The notes below the pieces were generated by a model. That model ran no database searches. It worked only from the letters and a program-made list of their open reading frames with translations, and was not told the origin of the DNA. From the NCBI RefSeq assembly GCF_018350175.1, contig NC_058377.1, positions 114,762,001-114,826,000 of the forward strand: 64,000 nt of DNA, read 5' to 3'. The DNA is from Felis catus (taxonomy: Eukaryota). Below, in pieces: positions 11,308 to 24,071 of this stretch. Positions within the stretch are counted from its first letter, which is position 1. Every line of letters begins with the position of its first letter. Both the position numbers and the translations under genes were made by a program.

Positions 11308-14300
11308 CTACGCACAGTAGGTATCAGCCTTCACCACCTGGCAGTACATGGTCATGGCGAAGGTCAGACCCAGGATCTGCGGGACATGAAGGGGGGCTGG
11401 GCAGGACTCCAGGAAGCCAGAAGCACGGACCTATCCCCCAGCTTCCCGGATGGCCTGCACCCCACTTCTCTGGGGGTGCCCCCCAGCCCTGGCAGTCAGG
11501 CCCGTCCCGGCCACATTCGCGAGCCATCGCAGGGCCCGCCCACCACAGGCAGACGGGGCTTCCTGGGGCTCGGCCCCGGGACCTGCCTCTCCCTCAGCTT
11601 GGCTCCCGTGGGTTCCGCTGGTGGCTTTTTCACGTCCATTTCACTCAGGACTTCCCCGGGGGCCAGGAAGACCACCCTCACTCTGCACTGGGCAGTCCCA
11701 TGACTCCCACCCACCACAGCCACCGGGCAGGCCTAGGACCACAGAACAAGGCCGGCCTGCCTGTGCCTGAGATGTCAAAGGTCACCTCCCCAGGGACTGG
11801 TCCCTGAGCATCCCCCATCAGCCGTGTGGGCTCAGGGAGCCTGAACCCGGGTGCTGACGAGCTGGGGTGCTAGGTTGGAGGCCAGGGTGGGTCTGGGCAC
11901 CCAGCGTACCTGTACCAGTGCCGTGCACAGCCCGAAGATACCCACAGCCAGGAGGTTCTCCTGGAGCCACATCTTCACGGTCTCGTAACACGGCTGGAGG
12001 AAGAGAGGGTGTCACAGGGGCTTCGAGATCAGCCCTCCACCCCCAGGTCCCGGGGCCAGGACTGGAGGGAGGGGCGATGCAGGCACTCACCGCCTTCCAC
12101 CAGGTGCCAGGTGCGTGGAGTCCACAGCTGTCACTGAACTCCAGGCAGCAGGAGTCGGGCACACGGGTGGCATTATAGACCTCGAACCAGTCGGTGTAGT
12201 TGGAGACCCCACAGCAGCGGAACTGCAGAGGGGCAGGCGCTAGGAGGGCTGGGGAGGCAGGTGGTCCCTGTCCCCCTCACCTGACCTGGCCCACCCCACC
12301 CACTCCCCAGACTCACATCGGTCTGGATGATGCTCCAGGCATTAGTGAGGCCCACGTTTCCTGGGGTGCCATACAGGTGCAGACCCTTCTTAAGGTCTCG
12401 CTGGGCGTACCTGTCAATCTGCAGGTGCAGCGGGGTCAGCAGGGCCACCCCCACGGCCAGCCCCGCCTCCCTCATCCAGACCCTGCAGGTGCCCTGTGCC
12501 CCCCCCCCCCTCCTTGGAGTCCTCTCCTGCCAGAAGCCCCGTCCCTGTGCCGGAGACTTTGCCCCTGCCCCCTGGGGTGAACTCTGGTCTGGGCCAGAGT
12601 GAGATAGGCCAGCATGAACCGGTGTCCGCTCAAGGATACCGACAGACAAGTGCAGAAACCCGAGAGCCGTCTGTACACACGGGTTGTTTGCACACGTGGC
12701 TCCGACTGTCGGCTGAGAGGCCCAGAGTGACAAGGAGCACGCCAGCCCCAGAATGTGGCTCCCAGGACCATCCTCCAGGGAAGGAGCTGTGGCTCCCGGA
12801 GAAACGGCTGGTCCCGGGCCCGGGGCAGGAGATGCCAGGAAGGAACGAAGTGCCCACCAGCAAGTGCACTGAGGGGAGACCGCCAGAGGGACACAGGAGC
12901 CAGAGGCGAGCTCCCAAGGGGCAGAGGTGCCCACATGAGAGCAAAGTAAGGCCTAGAGTATAACCTGGAGTGTGAAACACGCAAAAGAGCCCTCAGTAAC
13001 GTAAATAAATGATCAAGTAAATGGAGGCAGGAGATTTTCCCACCCAACAAGCACAGCGCTGAGGACAGTAGGAGCTCATCACAGCTCCCCTGCCACCCAC
13101 TCCCGGAGCCTCCAGGGAGTCCTGGAGTCCCCTCCAGGCCTGGCCTCTGGCAGCTGTGCTTAAAGCTGAGTCCCCAGTGGGTGGGATGCCCGGGACCGCT
13201 GCCTGTCCATACAGAGCGTCCGCGCCGGGCACGGGGCTTGTGACTGCCATTGTCAGCCCCGCCTGTACCCGTCACCCACGGTGCCATGGCCCTTGCTGGG
13301 TGGTGAGGACAGAGGGAGGGAGGAGGTGGCCGACCTTGTCAGTGTAGGCGAAGAAGAGGATGGTGATGGTGGCCTCCAGCAGGAACACCAGCAGCAGCAG
13401 CACAAAGAACTGCGGGGGAGACAGGCCCCAGCGACTTGGCCCCCTCGGCCCCTGGCTGCGCCCCGGCCCCTGGAGCCTTCCGAGGTGGGGCTGCGAACCT
13501 CAGATGCCCCAGTGCTGGGGGGAGCCCCAGCCGGGTGTCGGCTCCCGGAGACCAGCACGTCCCCTGATGCTGCCACACCCGCCTCAGAACCCTCCCCTCC
13601 GGCTGGGGAGGGGGGGGGGGGCCTCTGGTCTTGCTCGGGAGCACAACCTCACACCTGCAAGCAGGCACCTGTGCCACGTGCCTGTGTCCCTGTGGTGGGC
13701 GGGTGGCTGGGGCGATGCCTAGGGGGGCCCTGGGGAGGGGGTGTCCGAATGCAATGGCCCTGAGCCCAGGGTCACGCTTCTCAAGAAGCGGCCCCACCTG
13801 ACTGCACAAAGCTTGCCCACTGGGTGGCAGTCCCCCACTGAAGCACCCCCTGAGGCACAGCCCTGACCTTGGCCACAGAGGCCCCAGGCCAGCCGAGCAG
13901 CAGAGGCATCCTTTGTCCGCCGTGCCTTTCCTGCAGACAGGGACGGGGCCAGGAGGTGGGACCATGCGGAGCAGGCCCTGTCCTCTCCTGGGGTCCCCGA
14001 TCTGGCCTCCCCTCGGTGTGGGCTCAGGACTCCGGGCCCACCCTGCCCCCAGAAGGCCTCAGGCCCTGAACTCCCAAGTCACCCTGTGGGGAAGGCTGAG
14101 GTCAGGGCCCCACACACACCACGGCTTCCTGCCCCAGGGCAGCTGGGGACGCAGCCACACCCCCACCTGCCGCTCCAAGGGACCAGAGGGGCCCCAAGCC
14201 TTGATGGGAGCATCTGGACACACTGAACACCCGGGGGAGCTGCGCCCTCTGAGGCCCCACCCTGGGCGAGGGCTCCTCAGACAAGATCGATGAGCGTGTG

Positions 14301-17300
14301 ATTTAGGACTTGGAGCTGCCCGAGGCCTCGGCCAGACATATTAATAGGTGAGGAGCCTGGCCGGGGGATCCTTCTCCGCCTCCGTTATCTGTGATTAATG
14401 TTCCCGACGACGGAGGGGAGACGCAGCCTGCCTGTAAATGGGCCTCCGAGGCGGAGGTGGGGACCGCGAGCCTCTCAGCTGAGGGTGCGGGGGCAGGGAG
14501 TCCCAGGAAGGGTGTTCTCAGAGGCAACAGGCCCGGTACAGGCTGCACCCGCGTGCGTCTATCTTGTCAAGGGGCTGCCACGGTGTCAGGGGCACTCACG
14601 GTGAGCAGCAGGCACTTGTTCTCCTTGATGGCCCCGATGCAGCCCACGAAGCCGATGGCCATGACGAAGGTGCCGGTCACGATGAGCAGGTTGGCAGCCG
14701 ACAGGGACGGGAAGGAGGAGGACAGGGTAGCAAAGTTCCCCTGCGTGGCAGCCAGCCAGATGCCAACCCCGAGGATGCCGCAGCCCCCCAGCTGGCACCG
14801 CCGGAACAGGGGAGAGGGCGGTGAGGCCGACGTCTGTGTGCCCCACACCACCCAGAGTGACACCCGAGGGGCCCTGCACACCCTCGCCCACCCTGCTGAC
14901 CTCCCAGGACCAGCCACCCCTCCCGGTGTCATCCCAGCACCCAGCCGTTCCCCCCTCAACACACGCCCAACCCACGGCATCAGTGATACGGACCCCAAGG
15001 TCCCCCACCTGTGGCGCTGGGGATACTCTGTCCCAATGACCCTGGTGAGGCAGCCTGGGCAGGGGGCCCCAGGGCTCCCCCGAACACCACCCCTCCAGGA
15101 GGCACCCCCCTCTGCCCCCACAGCCTCTCTGGACCTGGATAGTCAGGGAGACCATCCCTGCAGACCCTGCCGGACCCCACGCTCCCCTGGTCCTAAAACC
15201 ACCTCCCCACGGGCCCCTCTGGTGTCCCCAGCTGTCCCTTCTAAGTGTGAGCGCCAAAGCACCCCTCGGGCCCCCACGTGGAGGCCAGCACCAGAGTGCA
15301 GCAGGGAGCCCGATCCCGACCCTGGCCGCCCCTCTCAACCACTGGAGCTTTTACTGAATGTCATCATTGCTCTTATTACAAAAACAAAACCACAGGAAGG
15401 AGGAGCAGAAGGCAGAGTGAAGAGTCGGGAGAGGGCCCTCGGCCTCGCGTGGTGACAGGAGAGCAAGGTGGGCCAGGGCTGGCTAGGGGGCCCCGGGCTC
15501 CGGCCCCCACCCCTCAGACGCTGGGGCTAGGGCCCTGGGTGGTCTCAGAACGGGACGGGAGAATGTGTTCCAGGGTGCGGGCTGGAGGTGGTTAGCCCCA
15601 CTAACACTGACCAGCACCTAGACCCCAAAACCTGGGCTTCAGTGAGACCGCTTGGGGACCCAAGGCTTTCCCAGGCTCTGGGAAAGGCCAGCCTCCTCAC
15701 CATCTGGCCGGGCCCACACGGCCTCAGCCCCCAGCACACTCCTGGGCATGACGTCCCTCTAAAATCACCCTAAATGCCCAGGACAGGCTGGGTCGCAGAC
15801 CCCAGGGTATACGGCATCCACCCAGGGCTACCACAAGCCCTGCACACCCCGCACGAGCTTCCTGAGCCCAGATGGCCAGATTCCACCCCATTTCCCAGAC
15901 AAGTAAACTGAGGCTGGGAAATGAGCCACCTGCCCCGTCGGTCAGAGGCAGAGCCAAGGGGAGCCGGGACTACCCGCACACAGCGCCTCCCCGAGCCTCG
16001 CCGGGACCCCGTGACACAGCAGACCCCACGGGCTCTGAGGCCCCTGCCCGAGAGGCCTAACCCCAAGTGCGCTGGCTCGCCCCTTCCCCCACCAGCAGGT
16101 CAGCCTGCCCCAGGGTCTCCACGACTCCCTGGGGACTGCGCACACCATGCAGTAAGCCAAGCTGGCGGGAGACTGTGATTATGGGGGGGATCCCTCTGGG
16201 CCTCACCTCGGGCCGAGTGGGGCAGGACAGCCCCCCAGCTGAAATGGCCACCACCATCAGGGTGGGGAACCAGTCAGCACAGGGTGAACACGCGGGGTTC
16301 TGCACCACCCCCTCCCCGCCCCTCTTGGCACCTTCGACAGAAGCGAGAACTCCTGTCTAGAAATTGTAAACGACACCTGCTCTGAATGCTGCTGGCTCGG
16401 GACAGCATCCAGGAAGCTGGGGCTCCTGCTTCTGGTCTGAGGTCATCCTGCTTGTTTGAGCCCCTCCCAGAGTAAGGGTGGGGGTCTGCAGCTCAGGCAA
16501 GGTGCGCTGGGGGCGGGGGGGGGGGCTGTGCTGCCGGGTACCTACCAGGTTCGGGGGACCCTGGTGCAGGGGCTGACCTGCCCACCATGGACGGTGACCT
16601 CTGCCTATGGCCAGGGTTTGCACCTGGGAGGCCACCTCTGTGCCGTAACCAAACCCGGGGCCATGACCAGGTGCCAGAGGCCAGGGGGTCAGGGGAGGCT
16701 CAGAGGTGGGAGGGCAGCCGGGGGACCCGCCCAGAGGAGGGGCTCCCTAGGCCTGGATGTGTGCCCCATGTGAGGACCCAGCTGCCTGGGGGGGGGGGGG
16801 GGGGGCACAGCTCCAGAGCAGGACAGGGTCCACTGGCTCTATGGGGACACATGTGTGCCCACACCTGCAGGATGGGTGTGACTTCCATGCGGGATGCAGA
16901 CAGGTCCCCAGCCATGGTGCTGGCCTCAGGCGGGGCCGCAGAGGGGACACCCAGCGCCTCTGGGCACCCCACGCCCACCTGCGACGGGCACCACTCGGCG
17001 CCATGGGGCACAGAAGCAGCCGGACAGGCCCTGGCCCGCCTCCCGCCCCACCTACAGGTGAGAAGCGGAGCCAAGCCCCTCCCCCATGCCTGTTGGGACA
17101 GCCAACACCTCGTCGCCACGGCCTCTGGGATCCCCAAAGCCCCAGGGAAGGGTTGAAGCTGGGGCCACGGAGTAAGGTGACTGGGGAGGGGCCCGGGTCA
17201 GGGAGGGCGTGAGGGCGGGCCACCTCACCCTGGAGGGGGACACAGTGACGGCTGCCATCTCCAGGCCTCACACCAGCTTGTCCCCCACTTTGGGGGAGTC

Positions 17301-20300
17301 ACATCTCTGAGCTGAGCCCCCAGGACGGTGGGCAGTCCCGTGCGGCAGGTCCCCGGGCAGAGGACAGAACCGTTCCCTGTGCTTCACAGCCCGACTGTCT
17401 GCCTTCAAGGACATCGGCGGACGGCTCCGTCAGCAGGAAAATGAGCCCATCTGAGCGCCCTCGCCCCATGGGGACACGTGGAAGGGCGTGGGGAGGACAT
17501 CGCGGGCAGGCGCCTCTGAGGGAGGGGCGGTCCGGGTCCCCGGAGTCCCCACCCCCAACCCTGCTGGAAACAGATTTCCTTAATCAACACCACAAAACGT
17601 CCCCAGCTGTCCACCCTGAGATGGCAGGGGAGATCCACACGGTGACACACACAGCCCACACTGTCACCATGTCACCCCACATTGTCACAGACACCCTCGC
17701 CGTCACTGTCACACACACAGACACCCTCACCGTCACTGTCACACATCACCGTCACAGTCACCCCTCACCGTCACTGTCACACACACAGATACCCTCACCA
17801 TCACCGCCACACAGGCTCATCTCACAGACGTGCTGCCCTACGACCTGTCAACCCCATAAGCTCCAAGGCCCTCCGTGTTCATGCAGACCAGTCACCAAAA
17901 ACTCAGACGCACACACTAACAGAACGCATACACGTAGTTAATAAAATTATCTGTAATTTTGAAAATGTTTCTGCATACGCAGCTTTTAAAACATTTTGGC
18001 AGGAAAATTACAGCCTCCGAGTGCAGGAAGAAACAAGCCCCTGTTAGACTCAGACGCAGAACATCAAACACGGGGTAAGTGGGGCTGCGGTCGCCGGGAG
18101 GCCAGGACCCCACCGCGACCCTGCAGATGTCCAGCCGCGCTCACTGCCCGGGGCACTGGCTGGACCCTCCTCCCCAGCCCAGCTGGGTCCCGGGAGCAGA
18201 GCCCACGAGGCCTGAAGCAGGAGCCCAGCCCCACGGTCAGCCGTGGCCTCCCCGACTGCCTCCCATGCACCCCGAGCACATGCCTTGCCTCGTGTCCTCA
18301 CCTGTCACCGGCCCCAGCCCGGTCCCTGGCTTACGCTCCCCGTCCTGTGGTCCCCTCCCTCGTCCTGTGGTCCCCTCCCTCGTCTGCATTTTTCAGGTTG
18401 GCCCAGGGCTGGGGCACAGGGACCGCATGGTCAGCGATGCCGCCCCCTCCAGGCCCATGAAGGGGCAGGTGTCAGGAGGCCCTCTGCCACTGCCCCTCCG
18501 GCCAGCAGATGGCAGGACAGCTGGCCACGTCCTCGGAACACAGCGGAGGGCTGGGCGCCCACAGGGGCCACGCTGTGCCTGGAAGCCCCTCGCCTGGCAG
18601 CCGGCATGGCCTTGGGGGGGCCTGGGCACGGCGAGGTGTTCTACCACTCCGGGCCAAGAGCCGCCAGGAGGGGACCCCGTCTGCACGAAGTTCAGGAATG
18701 GCAACCTTTGTCTGCCGTGCCGGAGACCAGGTCTGCAGCTGCCCAAGGCCGGGGGTCAGGGACACTGGGTGACGTGGCCTGGGGTACCTTCCGGGCTCAC
18801 AGACGCGCTCCCTACCTTGGCTGGAGATTGTTATCTGGGTGAAAACTCAGCAGGCCGCTCGCTTAAAATCTACACAATTGCCTGCAGTTAATTTTCTTAA
18901 CCGCCGGCAAGCTCCCGGTGCCATCACCAGCCTCGTTGGCTCACCCCCAGCCGTGGCAGCCCCCCGCCCCAGCCCATCAGGGGACAGCCCCACCGCCCGG
19001 GGACCCCCTGAAGCCACTGTCCAAAGAGGAGGGGTTGGACCGGGGAGCAGAACAGCCCTGGCCGGAGGCTTCGGCGAGGTCCAAGGTGAGGAGTTGCTCA
19101 CTGGACCTCAAAAGGGTCTCCAGGGGCCAGGTAAGAACCACAGCAGCCGGGGGCGGGGGGGGGGGGGGCGCCCGGTGGCCTCGGTCGGTGGAGCGTGGGA
19201 CTCTTGACCTCGGGGTTGTGACTTCGAGCCCCACGTGGGGTGTAGAGATTACTTAAAAATAAATTTAGGGGGCGCCTGGACGGCTCCGCCGGTTAAGCGT
19301 CCTGACTCTCGATTTCGGCTCAGGTCACGATCTCACTGTTGAGTTCAAGCCCCAGGTCGGGCTCTGTGCTGGCAGTGTGGATCCTGCTTGGGATTCTCTC
19401 TCTCTCTCCCTCTCTCTCTCTCAAAATAGATAAATTGTTTAAAAAGAATCTTTAGAAAACAAATTAAGGGGCGCCTGGGTGGCCCAGGCAGTTAGGCGTC
19501 CGACTCTTGGTTTTGGCTCAGGTCACAACCTCGGGGTTTCACGGGTTCAGGCCCTGAGTCCGGCTCTGTGCTGACAGCACGGAGCCTGCTGAGGATTCTT
19601 TCTCTCTGCCCCTCCCCTGCTCACGCTGTCTCTGTTTCTCTCTCAAAAATAATTAAATAAAATTTTAAAAATATATTAATAAAGTTCAATTAAAAAAAAA
19701 AGAACCACAGCAACACTGCTTGCGGGGCGGGGAGGGGAGGGAGAGGCCCTTGCCAGGTACCTGGGGCAGCGGGGACGGGGCTGGGGGGGTGGGAGGCGCC
19801 CCACCGCAGGTAGAAAGACGGGACCAGAGCTGCAGATGGCCGGTGCAACAGGGACACAGCCCCCCTGGCTGCTGCATGGGCCCCCTGACCTCCAAGACCC
19901 GCCCCAGCCCTTAATGGCTGAGGCCACATCTCTGCCCCAGACAGAGCCCACTCCACCCCTGCCCTGCACGTAGAAGGTTCTGTCCCTGGCCCTCCCTCCC
20001 AGCAGCTGGACTCCAGGGACACTCACAGAGCCCGTCCGGGTCACTTGGGTGGACGGGCCCAACAAGCACCCAGCACAGAGCTGCAGCTGCCTGGACCCCC
20101 CGGCGGGGCAGGCAGGACCCTCCCAGGTCCCCCAAAGCTATCAGGGGAGCCGCCAGCTCCCCAACAGGCACACGGGGCCTCCAGCGTCAGGGCCTCTGTT
20201 CAGAAACGGATTGCTGCCGCTTAGAGCGCGTGCCTACTGTCCCCACCGTGGGAGCGAGGGCTTGGTCTAGGGGGCTGGGCCCAGAGAACTGGCACCTGCC

Positions 20301-23300
20301 GGGCCCCAGGGTCCCGGTCTGTCCCATCAGCCAGCATCTGGCCTGAAGGATGAGAGCGTCCTGACCCTTGACTTGACCAGGGCAGTCAAGCACCCCCACC
20401 CCCAGCACCTGCTCCCATCCCAGAATCTACCTGCCCTCCCTCCGCCCATCACAAGACTGCCCACCTACCCCTACTTGCAGCCCGCAGGCAGCAGGACACC
20501 CCTGCCCAGCCCTGTCGCAGAAAGAAACAGAAGCCAGGATACGAGGATGCCCCCAGCACCACCAGGAGGCCGGAGCCAAGAGGAGGCACAGGGTCTGAGG
20601 ACTGTGACCTCAAGCAGGTCCCCGCGGCATGCCTGTTCCCCAGCTGTAGGGAGGACTGGGGGAAGGTCACGGCCCCCAGCTCTGCAGAGCCCTTGCCACC
20701 ATGGGTCCCCTCCTCCAGCAGTCTCAGGGGCCTTGCCCAAAGGCCAGTGACAGCAGACCGCGCCACCCACTTGGACGTCACCCGCGGCTCATCAGAGAGG
20801 AAAACTCAGGGGCCCACACGTGGTGCCGGTGGACAAAGTGCATCCTGGGCAGCAGGAGACGGCAGGCAGGGCTCCGACCCCCACCCCAGCCACGCAGAGG
20901 GCCCCTGAGCACAAGTGCAGGGAGAGGAGAGCAGGGAGCAGCTCAGAAGTAGGGGAGGTGTGGAGAGCAGGGGCCCTCAGCTTGGCTGATCCAAACTGGG
21001 GAGGAGTTAGGCCACAAGGCTGAGGCCCGGGCACGGGCCCTGGCTGTGGGGGGACACAGAAGCAACCTTACCTTGCTGAGCTCAGCCCTACCTCCCCCCA
21101 GGTCCACCCCCAGGACCACCTGGGCCACAGGGACTGCCCCCTGGGGGTAGCCCTGAGCACTCTGACCCAGGCAGGGAAGAGCCAAGAACCGCTTTCCTCT
21201 CTCCCACCCCCTGCGGCCTCCACCTCTACCTCTGTCATGGTGGAGGCCTGAACTCCCCAGGGGCCGCGTAGGGGCTGCACACCCCACCTGCTCCCTGGCC
21301 CCATTTTAGGGACTCTGCACATCTCAGAAGAGCTCCCTGTGCCCTAGGAAGGCCTCATCTGCCGCGGGGAGGCAGGATGGGAGCCGCCACCCCCTGCACC
21401 TCTGTTCCTCCCCTGCGAGTGTCACCTGTGCCTTCCCAGCCCCCCCGTCCCAGGGCACCCCAGCTCCAGGCACTGGTGACAATTAAGCAGGCCTGTTTCC
21501 TTCCCTGAGACAAGCCAATGACCCAGGCAGGCTACACAGGACCAGGAAAGACAAGCGGTGACTCTTTCCTGCCCTGGAAGGACCCAAGGCTGGAGGCCTC
21601 AGTCCTGCCCGCCCAGACCCGAAGGAGCACCCTCAAACCCGGCACATGAGCAAGAGTCTTAAGTAAAAAAGGGTCTTAAGTCTTAAGTAAAACGCTTAGG
21701 TCAAGCGTCTCCCGAGCCAGCCCCTTCCCCATCCTCAGAGCACTGGCGGGGCTCTGCAGGGTGAGGTCAGGACTGGCACAGGTGAGCATCTTGAGGTCCT
21801 GCCCCGGGGATGCCCCTCCCACTACCTGGGCCCTGATCTTACAGTGAGCTCCAGTGGGTGCCGGTGTGGTCCGTCCCCTGGTCTCCCAGTGACCGTGGGA
21901 AATGGGCCGAGGGGCCAGCACCCCCCAGGTAGCCAAGGGGCTGGGGTCCCGGGAAAGCGGTGCTGTAGCCTCTGGCCACCTGCACTTACGTGGCACCTTC
22001 ACAGGGACCCAGACTCCTGACTTCTCACCACACCTCACCTTGGGTGCTTCCTGTGCACTGTGGGCAGGCCCGGATGCCCTTCCTGACCCACTGGTCTCAG
22101 ACCCTGTCTGGGCACCACGCTGGCACAGGGAGGGGCACATGCCAGCAGCAGGGGCCCAGTTTGCCGGGCAGGGAGGTATAATTGTATAATAAAAGGGAAT
22201 TGGATTTTCCAGCCCAGGAGGGGGTCCCAAAGGGGTTTCTGATTTACTCGTTTCCAGGTTGAGGACGTCATCCATGGCAGGGACTGGCGAAGCATGTCTG
22301 TCCTGCAGCCAGTACGGTCCCTCCTTTAGGGTTCACAGGGCAGACACAGCTCTGCCTGGGGACCCGTTAGGGTGGGCAGCTCTCAGACCACCGAGAATGG
22401 CAGACCAGGGACAAAGCCAAGTCTTGCCCACCTCCCGGGACCAGACTATCTCTGTCCCCCATCCCACCCCCCACCGCCGCTCCCTCCAGTCAGTCCACCA
22501 ACTACACGGTCACCACGGTCGGATCTGGTCACCTGCGGTATCTCCCATCAGGTTGCCCTGGACGTGCCCACCCTGCCAGCCACTCCACACGGGCGCCCGC
22601 TGCAGCTGGTCAACATCCCGCACCAAGATGTTCGCCCCTCCACACGCCTGGGGCCGAGCTCCCACCGCCAACACCCCCTTCCTGGCTGCTGGCCTCAGGG
22701 GTACTTCACCCCAGACCTGGGCCTCATCCCTCCCAGGATCCCCTTGTAGAGAGAGAGCGAGCCCTCGGGGCGGCCACCTCGAAGCGGGCATCTGGGCCCG
22801 GAGCCTTGGGTCTCACCCCGAATGCAGCCCGGGCTGGCTGCCCCTGCCTCCCAGCGACCCCTGATGCCCCCCTTCCACAAGCTGGGAAGAGAAAACTACA
22901 GCCCAGGATGGAAGGGAGGTGAAGAAAGACGGACCCGGGATTCAAATGCATGCAAATGAGCGTGTGCAGGACAGCCGCCTCGCCTCGTGGGGTCCAGGCT
23001 GCAGCTAACGCCACACCCCCTTCCTCCTAGCTGTGGGAAGGAGGGCTGGCTCAAGAATTCACCATGGAGCAGAGAGTGACCTTGGCATCCTCCCTCCACC
23101 AAGCCTCGGGTAGCCCAGCCAGGGGACCCCAGCCTGGTCGGGTGGGACACCTGTCACAGCCAGAACCCACCATGCTCCCAACCATTATGGGGCTGGGGCC
23201 GGGTGGCAATTTTGTCAACTCCGTCATCGTGCCTACTCTCCTCTGGAGGAGGAAGGGGCCACCCTGTGGCACCATCGCCTCTGACCCTGGGCCCACACAT

Positions 23301-24071
23301 CCCGTCTGAGCAAACCCAACCCATTCAGCAAAAGTTCTGGGCACCAGCCCACACACATGCACACCGCGTAGGAGGAAGAGCCAGCAGGGAGGCCAGACAC
23401 CTCCCCAGCACTCACGGTGGGTGGCCCAGCATCCTGTTCAGTGTCAGCCCCAGCCAGGGAACTCACCCATGCGCACACACCCCCTCTCCCTTCCCACAGC
23501 ACCTGCAGAGACTTGGGGGGGACCACCGGGCCCCCAACAGCCCCTCGGCGACCACAGTCCTTAGGCCTGGTGGGTTACTCCACTGGGAGGGCGAGGGGGG
23601 TCGAAGAAAGGACGCCGGCTGGCGGCGCGGAGGGAGAGAAGGGGAGGGGAGGGAGGGGGAGCGCCGGAGCTCCAGCGCACTGCCGGCCACGACCAGCACG
23701 CGAACCCCGGCGCAGGCGGGCGCAGGTGCGGGACACGTCCGGCCCCAGAAAGAGGGGGAGAGGACGCGGGCAGAGCCTCGGCCACAGCCCCGCGGTACCG
23801 GAAGCGCGCCCCAAGGGCCGGTCCACCGGGCCCCCCGCTGGAGCAGCGACCCCGGGCACGCCACCGCCACCGCCACCACCCCGCCCCGCCCGTCTGCGTC
23901 CTGGAGCCTCGCCCCCCATCCCTGCCGGAGCAGCGACTCTGGACCGTGCTGAGAGTCGGGCCGGGCCGGCGCCGCAGCCCCGGGCGCCCCGGGCCCGCCG
24001 CCACTCACCCAGAAGAGCAGGTTGAAGGCGAACATGAGGAACTTGACGCCCTGGAGGCAGCCGCGCGCCAT
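11308..24071 (-). CDS. TSPAN4: Tetraspanin-4 (238 aa)
   Basis: Coding exons (-): 24071-24009, 14791-14600, 13409-13335, 12418-12317, 12222-12091, 11993-11910, 11376-11308; total 717 nt, all GT-AG. MARGCLQGVKFLMFAFNLLFWLGGCG...FRCCGVSNYTDW...VPDSCC...KADTYCA*. Four TM segments with CCG and PxSCC motifs. Confidence 0.98.
17640..17810. repeat. Degenerate ~30-bp minisatellite built from tcaccgtcactgtcacacac units
   Basis: Repeated cagacaccctc(a/g)ccgtcactgtcacacac seen directly. Confidence 0.8.
18341..18380. repeat. Perfect 20-bp tandem duplication (cgtcctgtggtcccctccct x2)
   Basis: Seen directly at 18341-18360 and 18361-18380. Confidence 0.9.
19165..19700 (+). mobile_element. Head-to-tail cluster of three carnivore SINEs (~19165-19267 short tRNA-Lys-like; 19268-19446; 19468-19700)
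   Basis: Three ggggcgcc(t/c)gg heads, each with tRNA-like A/B boxes (ttcgagcccc / gttcaagcccc / gttcaggccc) and A-rich tails; the last two carry (CT)n segments. Confidence 0.9.

Noticed and set aside
14391-15455. 354-aa + strand ORF
   Set aside because: Antisense to a TSPAN4 exon plus intron; no independent coding signature.
17640-17810. Repeat array considered as CRISPR-like or as a His/Thr-rich coding repeat
   Set aside because: Degenerate minisatellite without unique spacers, in a mammalian intron, with no splice signals supporting an exon.
19165-19240. Possible tRNA-Lys gene
   Set aside because: Stems are disrupted, it has an A-rich tail and it heads a SINE cluster; it is a retroposed copy.
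21655-21700. Repeated tcttaag(t) palindromic motif
   Set aside because: Short local slippage duplication; no evidence of function.
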